Assembly (NCBI RefSeq): GCF_004010195.1
Contig: NC_057755.1
Location: forward strand, 12,058,438 to 12,083,141
Reading direction: 5' to 3'
Length of the DNA: 24,704 nt
Source: Chiloscyllium plagiosum
Lineage: Eukaryota
Shown here: piece by piece, positions 10,015 through 20,501 of the stretch
How positions within the stretch are numbered: position 1 is the stretch's first letter
Layout: every line of letters begins with the position of its first letter
Notes under the pieces: generated by a model
The model's database searches: none
Told to the model about the DNA's origin: nothing
What the model saw: only the letters and a program-made list of their open reading frames with translations
Program-made: the position numbers and the translations under genes

Positions 10015-11130
10015 GTTTTAGATATGAAGAAGCAAATATGTCAGACAATAACATTATTGGAGGTTAACAAGCATAGGATAGGGATGTAAGGCAGGATTTC
10101 AGGGAGCTAGAACAGAGTTGTTATCTTTGGTTTGTTACCTGTGCCAAGTGATAGCGAGGCAAGGAATAGGGAGAGATATCAGCTGAACATGTGGCTGCAA
10201 GGATGGTGCAGGAGGGAGGGTTTCAGGTACTTGGATAATTGGGCTCATTCTGAGGAAGGTGGGACCTCTACAAACAGGATGGTCTTCACTTGAACCAGAG
10301 GGGTACTAATATCCTGGGTGGGAAATTTTCTGGTGCCATTCGGGTGGGTTTAAACGAGCTCAGCAGGGGGATGGGAACCTGAGGTGTAGTTGCACTGCAG
10401 AGGGGAATGAGAGTAGGGAAGACAGGGACAGGATTTCAGGTTTGCAGGAATGTGCTGGCAGACAGCAAATGGGTTTGAAGTGTGTGTATTTCAACACCAG
10501 AAGTATCCGAAATAAGGTAGGTGAGCTTGCAGCATAGATAGGTACCTGGGATTTCTATGCTGTGGCCATTTCGGAGACATGGATAGAGCAGGGTGAGGAA
10601 TGGATGTTGCAGGTTCTAGGGTATAGATCTTTCATTAGGAACAGGCAAGGCGGTAAAAGAGGGGGAGGTGTGGCCTTGTTAGTCAAGGATAGTATAACAG
10701 TGGCTGAGAGAACTTTTGATGAGGACTCGTCTACTGAGGTAGTGTGGGGTGAGGTGAGAAACAGGAGAGGAGAGGTCACACTGGAGTTTTTTATAGGCCT
10801 CCGCAGAGTTCCAGGGAGATGGAAGAGAGGATTGGCAAAATTATTCTGGAGAGGAGTGAAAGGAACACGATGGTCATTATGGGGGACTTTAACTTCCCCA
10901 ACATTGACTGGAAATGTTGTACGTCGAATGGATCAGTTTTTGTCCAATGAGTACAGGAGGGTTTCCTGACACAGTATGTTGAAGGGCCAACAATAGGAGA
11001 GGCCACACTGGATCTGGTGCTTGGTAATGAACCAGTGAGAGAAAGTGAGGGCTGCAGATGCTGGAGATCAGAGCTGAAAATGTGTTGCTGGAAAAGCGCA
11101 GCAGGTCAGGCAGCATCCAAGGAACAGGAG

Positions 11131-11166
11131 AATCAACGTTTCGGGCATAAGCCCTTCTTCAGGAAT
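11131..11166 (-). ncRNA. Minimal type I hammerhead ribozyme motif (PLE-associated)
   Basis: Minus strand ATTC CTGAAGA A GGGC-TTAT-GCCC GAAA CG TT GATT: intact core, 4-bp helix II, GUU cleavage triplet. Activity unknown. Confidence 0.7.
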
Positions 11167-11376
11167 GAGGAAAGTGTGTCCAGCAGGCTAAGATAAAAGG
11201 TAGGGAGGAGGGACTTGGGGGAGGGGCTTTGAAATGCGATAGGTGGAGGGAGGTCAAGGTGAGGGTGATAGGCCAGAGCCTCCCTTGACCTCCCTCCACC
11301 TATCGTATTTCCAAAGCCCCTCCCCCAAGTCCCTCCTCCCTACCTTTTATCTTAGCCTGCTGGACACACTTTCCTC

Positions 11377-11412
11377 ATTCCTGAAGAAGGGCTTATGCCT
11401 GAAACGTCGATT
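11377..11412 (+). ncRNA. Minimal type I hammerhead ribozyme motif (PLE-associated)
   Basis: ATTC CTGAAGA(11381-11387) A GGGC-TTAT-GCCT GAAA(11401-11404) CGTC GATT; predicted cleavage after 11408. Confidence 0.7.
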
Positions 11413-13100
11413 CTCCTGTTCCTTGGATGCTGCCTGACCTGCTGCGCTTTTCCAGCAACACATTTTCAGCTTGGTAATGAACCAGGCCAGGTGTTTGATT
11501 TAGTTGTAGGTGAGCAATTTGGGGAGAGTGACCATAATTCAGTTACGTTTAGTTTAGCGATGGAAAGTGTTAGGTATATGCCACAGGTCAAGAATTACCG
11601 ATGAGGCAAGGGCAATTATAATGCATTTCGGCAAGAATTAGGATGCACAGAATGGGGTACCAAAATGCAGGGGATGAAGACAATGGAAATGTGGAGCTGG
11701 TTTAAGGAACAGATACTGCGTGTCCTGGGTAGGCACGTCCCTGTCAGGCAGGAAGGAAGCTATAAGGTAAGGGAACTGTGGTTTGCTACGGAAATTGCAT
11801 CTCTTGTTAAGCAGAAGGAGGCTTACGTGTTGATGAGGCAAGATGGTTCAGATGAGGCGATGGAGAGCTACAGATCAGCTAGGAAGGATTTAAAGACAGA
11901 GTTAAGAAGAGCAAAAAGAGGACACGAGCAATCTTTAGCAAATAGAATAAAGGAGAACCCTAAAGCTTTCTATAGGTATGTGAGGAATAAGAGGATAACT
12001 AGGGAAGGAATAGAGTCAGTCAAATGCAGAAGTGGGAAGTTGAGTGTGGACCCTGTGGAGATCGGAGACGTGCTAAACGAACATTTCTTATCGGTTTTAA
12101 CTCATGAAAAGGAGAATATTGTCGAGGAGAATAATGAGGTACCAGATATTAGACTAGAAAAGATTGAGGTTAGTTATGAACAGGTGTTGATAAATTCTAG
12201 AAGGAGTGAAAGTAGACAAGTCCTCTGGGCCAGATAGGATCTATCTGAGGATTCTCTGGGAAGCTAAGGAGGAGATAGCAGAGTCTGTGGCTGTGATATT
12301 TGAGTCATCATTGTCTACAGGTTTAGTACCTGAGCAAATGTGCCCTTGTTCAAGAAGGGCAGTAGAGATGACCCAGGTAATTATAGACCAGCGAGCCTTA
12401 CATCTGTTGTAAGAAAGGTTTTGGAAAGGATTATAAGAGATGAGGTTTATAATCATCTAGCAAGCAACAATTTGATTTCAGATAGTCAACATGGTTTCGT
12501 CAATGGCAGGTCGTGTCTCACAAACCTCATTGAGTTTTTTGAGAAGGTGACCAAGCATGTAGATGATGTGGTACACATGGACTTTAAGCCTTTGATAAGG
12601 TTCCACATGGTAGGCTGTTGGAGAAAATGCAGAGGCATGGGATTGAGGATAATTTAGCAGTTTGGATTAGAAACTGGCTTTCTAAAAGAAAGCAGCGAGT
12701 GGTGGTTGATGGAAAATATTCTGCCTGGAGTCCGGTTACCAGTGGTGTGCCACAAGGATCTGTTTTGGGACCACTGCTGTTTATCATTTTTATAAATGAC
12801 TTAGACGCAGGCATAGGTGGATGGATTAGTAAATTTGCAGATGACACTAAAGTCGGTGGAGTAGTGGACAGTTTGGAAGAATGTTACAGATTGCAGGGGA
12901 ACTTAGATAAACTGCAGAATTGGGCTGAGAGGTGGCAAACGGAGTTCAATGCAACTAAATGTGAGGTGATGCACTTTGGGAAGAATAACAGGAAGGCAGA
13001 GTACTGGGTCAATGGAAAGATTCTTGGTAGTGTGGATGTGCAGAGAGATCTTGGAGCCCATGTACATAGGTCCATGTACACCCAGGTTGATAGTGCTGCT

Positions 13101-13241
13101 AGGAGAAAGTGAGGTCTGCAGATGCTGGAGATCAGAGCTGAAAATGTGTTGCTGGAACAGCGCAGCAGGTCAGGCAGCATCCAGAGAACAGGAGAATTGA
13201 CGTTTCGGGCATAAGCCCTTCCTGAAGAAGGTCTTATGCCC
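13101..13241. mobile_element. PLE tail plus terminal repeat (minus) turning into an inverted copy, cut by the gap
   Basis: Same family as 11036-11165; GGGCATAAGCCCTTC then CTGAAGAAGGTCTTATGCCC immediately before the Ns. Confidence 0.88.
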
Positions 13242-14021
13242 NNNNNNNNNNNNNNNNNNNNNNNNNNNNNNNNNNNNNNNNNNNNNNNNNNNNNNNNNNN
13301 NNNNNNNNNNNNNNNNNNNNNNNNNNNNNNNNNNNNNNNNNNNNNNNNNNNNNNNNNNNNNNNNNNNNNNNNNNNNNNNNNNNNNNNNNNNNNNNNNNNN
13401 NNNNNNNNNNNNNNNNNNNNNNNNNNNNNNNNNNNNNNNNNNNNNNNNNNNNNNNNNNNNNNNNNNNNNNNNNNNNNNNNNNNNNNNNNNNNNNNNNNNN
13501 NNNNNNNNNNNNNNNNNNNNNNNNNNNNNNNNNNNNNNNNNNNNNNNNNNNNNNNNNNNNNNNNNNNNNNNNNNNNNNNNNNNNNNNNNNNNNNNNNNNN
13601 NNNNNNNNNNNNNNNNNNNNNNNNNNNNNNNNNNNNNNNNNNNNNNNNNNNNNNNNNNNNNNNNNNNNNNNNNNNNNNNNNNNNNNNNNNNNNNNNNNNN
13701 NNNNNNNNNNNNNNNNNNNNNNNNNNNNNNNNNNNNNNNNNNNNNNNNNNNNNNNNNNNNNNNNNNNNNNNNNNNNNNNNNNNNNNNNNNNNNNNNNNNN
13801 NNNNNNNNNNNNNNNNNNNNNNNNNNNNNNNNNNNNNNNNNNNNNNNNNNNNNNNNNNNNNNNNNNNNNNNNNNNNNNNNNNNNNNNNNNNNNNNNNNNN
13901 NNNNNNNNNNNNNNNNNNNNNNNNNNNNNNNNNNNNNNNNNNNNNNNNNNNNNNNNNNNNNNNNNNNNNNNNNNNNNNNNNNNNNNNNNNNNNNNNNNNN
14001 NNNNNNNNNNNNNNNNNNNNN
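13242..14021. other. Assembly gap (780 N)
   Basis: Run of N. Confidence 1.
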
Positions 14022-14256
14022 GATGTTGCGCCGATCCAAGCCCACCTACCTACACTAGCCCACTATCCTCCATATGCCTATCCAATGCCCGTTTAAATGC
14101 CCATAAAGAGGGAGAGTCCACCACTGCTACTGGCAGGGCATTCCATGAACTCACGACTCGCTGAGTAAAGAACCTACCCCTAACATCTGTCCTATACCTA
14201 CCACCCCTTAATTTAAAGCTATGCCCCCTCGTAATAGCTGACTCCATACGTGGAAA
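14022..14256 (-). mobile_element. Short CR1 3'-end fragment, same subfamily as 3340-3646
   Basis: ORF 14050-14259 FPRMESAITRGHSFKLRGGRYRTDVRGRFFTQRVVSSWNALP is nearly identical to ORF 3338-3541. Confidence 0.92.
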
Positions 14257-14257
14257 C

Positions 14258-14635
14258 ACGCCACGAAACTAGCCACGAAACGACACGACCAGCTATCCTT
14301 AGTAGCCACACACACAGATGACAAGCAACGTGAATTCGACTGGGACAACACTACTATTATAGGACAAACCAAACAGAGAACAGCCAGGGAATTCCTAGAG
14401 GCATGGCACTCATCCATAGATTCAATCAATAAGCACATTGACCTGAACCCAATATACCAACCACTGTAGCGGACAGCTGGAACTGACAACCGGAAGCGGC
14501 AGATTCAAACCATTACAAATGCCGGAGGAAAGATCACAGAAGCGCTTCACAGGAGGCTCCCAAGCACTGAGGATGTCACCTAGACAAGGATGAAACATCT
14601 GCAACACAAATTCCCAGCTCGGCGAACAGAACCAA
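14258..14635 (+). mobile_element. 3' fragment of a second, distinct Penelope-like family (GIY-YIG C-terminus plus 3' end)
   Basis: LATKRHDQLSLVATHTDDKQREFDWDNTTIIGQTKQRTAREFLEAWHSSIDSINKHIDLNPIYQPL*, followed by a hammerhead-like motif. Confidence 0.8.
14564..14602 (+). ncRNA. Hammerhead ribozyme-like motif (partly decayed)
   Basis: GCA CTGAGGA(14567-14573) TGTCACCTAGACAAGGAT GAAA(14592-14595) CA TC TGC; GCA/TGC can form helix I; helix II is imperfect. Confidence 0.55.
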
Positions 14636-14739
14636 TTAGCCAATGCTGAAATACTCAGACTCTGTATCCTTGTAGAAAGAGGAAGAAAATTTGATGATCT
14701 CGTATCATTAATTAAAATAGTCAAGAAAATGTGTAACGA

Positions 14740-16221
14740 TACACCAGTGAGAGCAGTGTTGAAAGGCATGATGTGAATAAAGGGAATCAGCACCAATAAA
14801 GCATCCTTATGGTTTAAGTCCAAAAAAAAAACAAGCTTAGGTAAAAACAGGTTAAATGCTTGAAAGTCACTTGATTGAAATTAACAAGGTAATTGATGAG
14901 GATAGGGCAGTGAATGTGAGGACTTTACTAACGCATTTGACAAGGTCCCTCAAGATAGGCTGGTCCAAAAGATTAAGTCATATGGCATCTATGGTGATTT
15001 GGTAAATTGAGTATAAAATTGGTTTGACCATAGAAGACACAGGGTAGTTTTGGAGGGATGCTTTTCTGACTGGACTTCTGTGACCAATGGTGTCCCACAA
15101 AGATCAGTTTCATAGGATCTGTGTTTGTAATATGTATGGAATATTTGAAAATGTAGGTGGCCTGAGTAGTAATTTTGCAAATGACAAAAATTCATGAAGT
15201 TGTGGATTGTCAAGGATATAAATTGAGTTTAATCTGGGCAAGTGTGTGGTGATACATTTTGGAAAGTCAAATGCAATAAATGGCAGGACTCATAGGAGCA
15301 CTGTTTTACAGAGGGATTTTGAGGTGTAAGGCTCCATCAAAGTGGCAACACAAGTGGATAAGGTGGTAAAGAAAGCATTCAGCCTGCTTGCCTTAATCAA
15401 TCAGGATATTGAGTATAACACTGGATAAAAGCAAATTACTGCTGATGCTGGAATCTGAAACCAAAAGAGAAAATGCTGGAAAATCTCAGCAGGTCTGGCA
15501 GCATCTGTAAGGAGAGAAAGGTTTTAGCTGACGTTTTGAGTCTAACTGACCCTTTGTCAAAGCTTTGACAAAGGGTCAGTTAGATTCGAAACGTCAGCTC
15601 TTTTCCCTCCTTACAGATGCTGCCAGACCTGCTGAGATTTTCCAGCATTTTTGGTATTGAGTATAACAGTTGGCAAGTCATGTTGTTTCTGTCTACGACT
15701 TTGGAGCATTGTGTGCAGTTCTAATTGCCACACTGTAGGAAGGATATGGAGACCTTGGAGAATGTGCAAAAAAAGGTTGACCAGGATGTTGCCTAGATTG
15801 GGGTGTATTAGCTATAAGGAGAGGTTGGACAAACTTAGATTGTTTTCACAAGCAATGGAAGATGAGGGGCAACCTGATAGAAGTATATAAAATTATAAGG
15901 TGGATAGTCAGAGTCTTTTTTTCCAGGGTAGAAATGTCAACTGTTTAATGGTTTAAGGAGAGGGGAAAGTTTAAAGGAGATGTGCGAGGTAAGTTTTTTT
16001 ACGAAGAGAGTGGAAAGTGCCTGGAATGCACTGCCATGGGAGGTGGTAGAAGCAGATACAATAGCAATGTTTAAGAGGCATTTAGACAGACACATGAGCA
16101 AGTCGGGAATACAGGGATATGGACCACTTGCAGGCAGATGGGATTAGTTTAGAATATCATGGTTAGCACAGACATGGTGGGCTGAAGATTCTGTTCCTCT
16201 GCTGTATAGTTCTATGTTCTA
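14740..16221 (+). mobile_element. Decayed CR1 (RT to 3' tail), interrupted at 15421-15654
   Basis: AFDKVPQDRLVQKIKSYGI, SDWTSVTNGVPQ, RLTRMLPRLGCISYKERLDKL; TTCTATGTTCTA tail. 5' limit uncertain. Confidence 0.88.
15421..15654. mobile_element. Palindromic PLE-derived mini-element with 14-bp TSD
   Basis: Arms ~15470-15562 and 15563-15651 with no spacer (centre TTTGTCAAAG|CTTTGACAAA); ~49-bp tail on the left only; TSD TATTGAGTATAACA at 15407-15420 and 15655-15668. Confidence 0.95.
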
Positions 16222-16884
16222 CAATCTAAAGCAGTTCACTGGAGTAGTTAGTTCCTAAAGCAGATTAGTTGATTAGATTCTGTATCAACTATAGCTTAAA
16301 AATAAATGCATTAATGAAAACAGATTCATACCCAATTCCTTGATTAGAGGTTTGTATCAATGGGGTTGTCACTGCCTCATTCCTTGCTATGATTGATCTA
16401 TTAAAGGAGTATTGGCAAATAAACATCAAGAGCTAAAGAGATAATCACCTTTAATGATACTGAATCAGTAGTACCAGTGTCAAGTCATGTTATTTGAGTT
16501 TTAAAATGTCCAACTTTATTCCAAAGACTAATGAATCAAGTCATAAATTAGTGTACCTAATAGTATAATTTATTCAAATGATGTATTAATAAACAGCCAC
16601 ACCTGAGAAGAAAACATATAACAGTTAGATGGCTTAGTTAAGCAGTCACAGTAAGCTGGCTTGATAATACATTTTCTGAAGAGTTAGTTTGCAAAAGGGA
16701 GATGAGTTATGTAGGATACGTCAAAGAACAAGGGTAGGTATTGCCAGAACAATGAAAGTGAATGCTCTGAGATTATTCCCATGCCCAAAACTAAATGGGA
16801 AAACATGAGATTTCTGGGGAAGTTTGAGTTTTTATCAGAAATTCATGCCTAACCTCGGCACCTCATCCCAAGCTACCTAGCTAC

Positions 16885-17746
16885 ATTCTCAAGATATATC
16901 CAAGAACACTGCAAGAGGCTAGAGAAGAAATTGTGGGGGACCTGGCTGATATTGTTGCATCATCGTTAGCCCTTATTGAAGAAGGAGTGCAAAGAAAATC
17001 CTGGAAACTATAGACCAGTAAGCTTAACATCTGTGGTATGTAAGTTACTTAAGATTCTGAGATAAGATATGCAGGCATTTGGAATGATAGGGTTTGATTG
17101 GGAGACAACATGGCTTTGTGGGAGATCATGCCTCACAAATTTGTTAGAGTTCTTTGATAAAGTGACCAGGAAGGTTCACGAGGGCAGGGCAATAAACACA
17201 GTCTACATGGATTTCAGTAAGGCCTTTGGTAGACTGTTCTGGAAGATTAGGTTGCATGGAATTCAGTGGGAGCTGGCAAATTGGATACATAATTGGCTTG
17301 ATGGTATGAAGCAAAGGGTAATAGTGGAAGGATGCTTGTCAAATTGGAGGCCTGTGACTAGGAGAGTGCTTCAGGCATCAGTGCTGGGCCCATTGCTCTT
17401 TGTTATCTATATCAATGATTTGGATGACAATGGTTAGTCTTTTTGTCAAGGTTGGGAATCAAGAATTAGAGTGTTCAGTTTAAGGTTAGAGGGGAAAGAA
17501 TAAAAGGCAACCTGAGGGGCAACATTTTTACACAGAGGGTGGTCCACATACAGAATGAGCTGCCAGTGGAAATGGTTGAAGTGGGTATATTAACAACATT
17601 TAAAAGGTGTTTGGACAAATACATGGATAGGAAGGGTTGAGAAGGATATTGGCCAAGTGCAGGGAAAAGTAGTTAGCGTTGAGGGACATTTTGGCTGGCA
17701 TGGACCAGTTTGTGCCAAAGGGCCTGTCTCTGTAGGACTCTATGAC
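16885..17746 (+). mobile_element. Decayed CR1 with internal deletion (RT jumps to the 3' end at ~17432)
   Basis: ENPGNYRPVSLTSVV; GRSCLTNLLEFFDKVT..YMDFSKAF..VLGPLLFVIYINDLD; then FTQRVVHI.NELP and CTCTATGAC tail. Confidence 0.9.
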
Positions 17747-17980
17747 ATTGTATCAATTGTGCATGAAGAATAAATGAATTTGATTATGTTTTACTACATC
17801 TGTCATGTTTACCTTTTGAGGAAACACGTTTAGAAATGAAGGCATAATTTTTATGGAGTATAAAATGTAAGTAATGTATTGCAGAGAATTGAGCAGTTGA
17901 TTTATTTTCACACTTGAAGTTCAAAAGTGAAACTGTGTAGTGTTACACGTTTTAGTTACAACCTTTTGGAGCAACCTTTA

Positions 17981-18295
17981 GGGCAGCATGGTGGCTCAGT
18001 GGCTAGTACTGCTGCCTCTCAGCACCAGGGACTCAGGTTCGATTCCAACCTCAGCGAATGTCTTTATGGAGTTTGCACATTACACCCGTATCTACGTGTG
18101 TTTCCTCCCACAATCTGAAGATGTGCAGGTTAGGTGAATTGGCCATGCTAAACTGCCAATGGAATGTGTAAGTTAGGTGCATAAGTAATGTAGGATAATA
18201 GGGTAGGGGAATGGGTCAGGGTGGATTACTCTTCAGAGGATCGGTGTAGACTTGTTGGGCCGAAGGGCCTGTTACCACACTGTAGGGATTCTATG
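17981..18295 (+). mobile_element. HE1-type SINE, near full length
   Basis: A box TGGCTCAGTGG, B box GGTTCGATTCC, V-SINE core, TAGGGATTCTATG tail. Confidence 0.92.
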
Positions 18296-18457
18296 CTCCT
18301 ACGAACTGGAGTTGATAGGTGACTTTGATGTTGAAAGTCTGCCTAGCAACAGCCCTTGGATTTTTTTTCAGTTATAGTTTTCCTCTGTTGAGCACAAACC
18401 TCCAGAAGCAATTATAGGTCTCTCTTTCTGTCACTCACTTTGAGTAAAAAAAATGCT

Positions 18458-18753
18458 GATTACATTACAGTGTGGAAACAGGCCCTTCAGCCCAACAAGT
18501 CCACACCGACCCGCCGAAGCGCAACCCACCCATACCCCTACATTTACCCCTTACCTAACACTACGGGCAATTTAGCACGGCCAATTCACCTGACCTGCAC
18601 ATCTTTGGACTGTGGGAGGAAACCGGAGCACACGGAGGAAACCCACGCAGACACGGGGAGAACGTGCAAACTCCACACAGTCAGTCGCCTGAGGCAGGAA
18701 TTGAACCCGGGTCTCTGGCGCTGTGAGGCAGCAGTGCTAACCACTGTGCCACC
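18458..18753 (-). mobile_element. HE1-type SINE, young copy
   Basis: Reverse complement has A box TGGCACAGTGG and B box GGTTCAATTCC; many CpGs retained; TAATGTAATC tail. Confidence 0.94.
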
Positions 18754-18830
18754 TGACTGATCCTAAAAAGAATTTATAACTGAAGCAAAGACCAATTAAA
18801 AATCTTGTGGAGGATCTTCTATTGTTTTCA

Positions 18831-20501
18831 GGGAGAAAATGAGGACTGCAGATTCTGGAGATCAGAGTCAAGAGTGTGATGCTGGAAAGACACAGCAGGA
18901 CCAGGCAACATCCGAGGAGCAGGAGAATCGACATTTTGGGCATAAACCCTTCATCAGGATTGAGGCTTGAGGGCTGTGGAGGCTGAAAGATAAATCAGAG
19001 GGGGGTGGGATCGGGGGAGGGGGAAGGTAGCTGAGAATGCAATCGGTAGATGAAGATGGGGGAGAAGGTGATAGGTCAGAGAGGAGGGTGGAGCGGATAG
19101 ATGGGAAAGGCGGTGGACAGGTCAAGAGGGCTGTGCCAAGTTGGAGCCTTGGGACTAGGATAATGTGGGGGGAGGGGAAATGAGGAAATTGGTGAAATCT
19201 ATGTTAATCCTTTGTGGTTGCAGGGTCCCAAGACGGAAGATGAGGCATTCTTCCTCCAGATATCAGGTGATAAGGGTTTGGCAATGGAGGAAGCCCAGGA
19301 CATGCATGTCCTTAGTGGAGTGGGAGGGGGAGTTGAAGTGTTCGGCCATGGGGTGGTGGGTTTAGTTGGTTTGGGTGTCCCAGAGATGTTCTCTGAAATG
19401 ATCCACAAGTTGGTGTTCCTGCCTCCCCGACAGAGGTGGTGGAGGATGATGTGATGTTGGTGGGGTGGAAGGTGAGGATCAGGGAGGGTATTCTGTCCTT
19501 GTGTTGGGAGGGATGGGGTTTAAGGACGGAGATGCGGGAAGTGGAAGAGATGTGCTTGAGGGCATTATTGACCATGTGAGAGGGGAAATTGCGATCTTTA
19601 AAGATGGAGGCCATCTGGGATTTTCTAAGGTGGAATTGGTCATCCTGGGAACAGATGTGGTGGAGGCGAAGGAATTGGGAATAAGGGATGGCATTTTTGC
19701 AGGAGATAGGGTGGGAGGAGGTGTAGTCCAGGTAGTTCTGGGAGTCAGTGGGTTTGTAGTAGATGTCCATAGTTAGTCGGTCGCCAGAGATGAAGCTGGA
19801 AAGGTCCAGGAAAGGGAGGGAGGTGGCTGAGATGGTCCAGGTGAAAGGTGTTAGTGAAATTAATGAACTGTTCATGCTCCTTGTGGGAGCAGGAGGTAGT
19901 GATGATACAGTCATCGAAGTAGTGGAGGAAAAGGTGGGGAATGGTGCCGATGTAGGTGCAGAAAATACATTGTCACGTCACCGACAAAGTGGCAAGCATA
20001 GTTGGAGCCCATGCATGTGCCCATGGCTACTCCTTCGGTTTGGAGGAGGAGGGAGGATTGGAAGGAGAAGTTGTTATGGGTGAGGATGAGTTCAGCCAGG
20101 CAGATGAGGATGTTAGTGAAGGGTACTGGTTAGGATGGTGTGAGAGGAGGAAATGGAGGGCTTGGAGGCCTTCGTCATGGTGGATAGGTGTGTACAGGGA
20201 CAGGATGTCCATGGTGAAGATAAGGTGTAGGGGACCGGGGAAACAAAAGTCTTGGAGGAGGTGAAGGGCCTGGGTGGTGTCCTGAACATAGATGGGGAGT
20301 TCCCAGACTAAGGGGAACAGGACAGTGTCAAGGTATGCAGGGATGTGTTCAATGGGACAGGAGCAAGCTGAGACTGTGAGTCAACCGGGAAAGTCAGGTT
20401 TGTGCATCTTTGGTAGGACGTAGAATCGGGTGATATGGGGTATGTGAACGATGAGGTTGTAGGCTGTGAATGGGAGATCCCCAGAAGTGATGTATTTGTG
20501 G
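18831..20501 (-). mobile_element. Decayed Penelope-like element: RT, GIY-YIG C-half, terminal repeat and tail, with internal deletion at ~19428
   Basis: Minus-strand MDILSLYTPIHHDEGLQAL, LPFLDL, DIYYKPTDSQNYLDYTSSHP..KNAIPYSQFLRL; HFNS/EE.LIFRLG region at ~19200-19350; hammerhead remnant AATC CTGATGA AGGGTTTATGCCC AAAA TGTC GATT at 18926-18961. Confidence 0.93.

Larger units (their letters stand above)
11036..11468. mobile_element. Fold-back PLE-derived mini-element (two inverted terminal repeats) with 17-bp TSD
   Basis: Arms 11072-11263 and 11279-11471 are near-perfect reverse complements; 36-bp tail only on the left (11036-11071); TSD GCTTGGTAATGAACCAG at 11019-11035 and 11469-11485. Confidence 0.95.
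10070..13100 (+). mobile_element. Long decayed CR1 LINE: ORF1 esterase C-half (~10070-10355) and ORF2 endonuclease plus RT (~10470-13100)
   Basis: WLQGWCRREGFRYLDNW..DLYKQDGLHLNQRGTNILG; KCVYFNTRSIRNK, AISETW, GDFNFP, ESDHN; PGNYRPASLTS, SQHGFVNGRSCLTNL, SGVPQGSVLGP, KFADDTK. Frameshifted; interrupted at 11036 and 13101. Confidence 0.95.

Noticed and set aside
11036..11468. DNA-transposon MITE interpretation of the long inverted repeats (also 15421-15654)
   Set aside because: Arms are PLE terminal repeats with hammerhead motifs, the ends are asymmetric (one-sided tail), and TSD lengths vary (17 and 14 bp).
10070..13100. Possible active CR1 or functional reverse transcriptase
   Set aside because: ORF2 is broken by many frameshifts, stops, deletions and two PLE insertions.
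13170..14096. Two long ORFs (291 and 286 aa)
   Set aside because: Artefacts of translating the N gap.
7768..15654. Apparent preference of PLE mini-elements for inserting into LINEs
   Set aside because: LINEs cover much of the window and the TSDs share no clear motif, so four cases do not show targeting.
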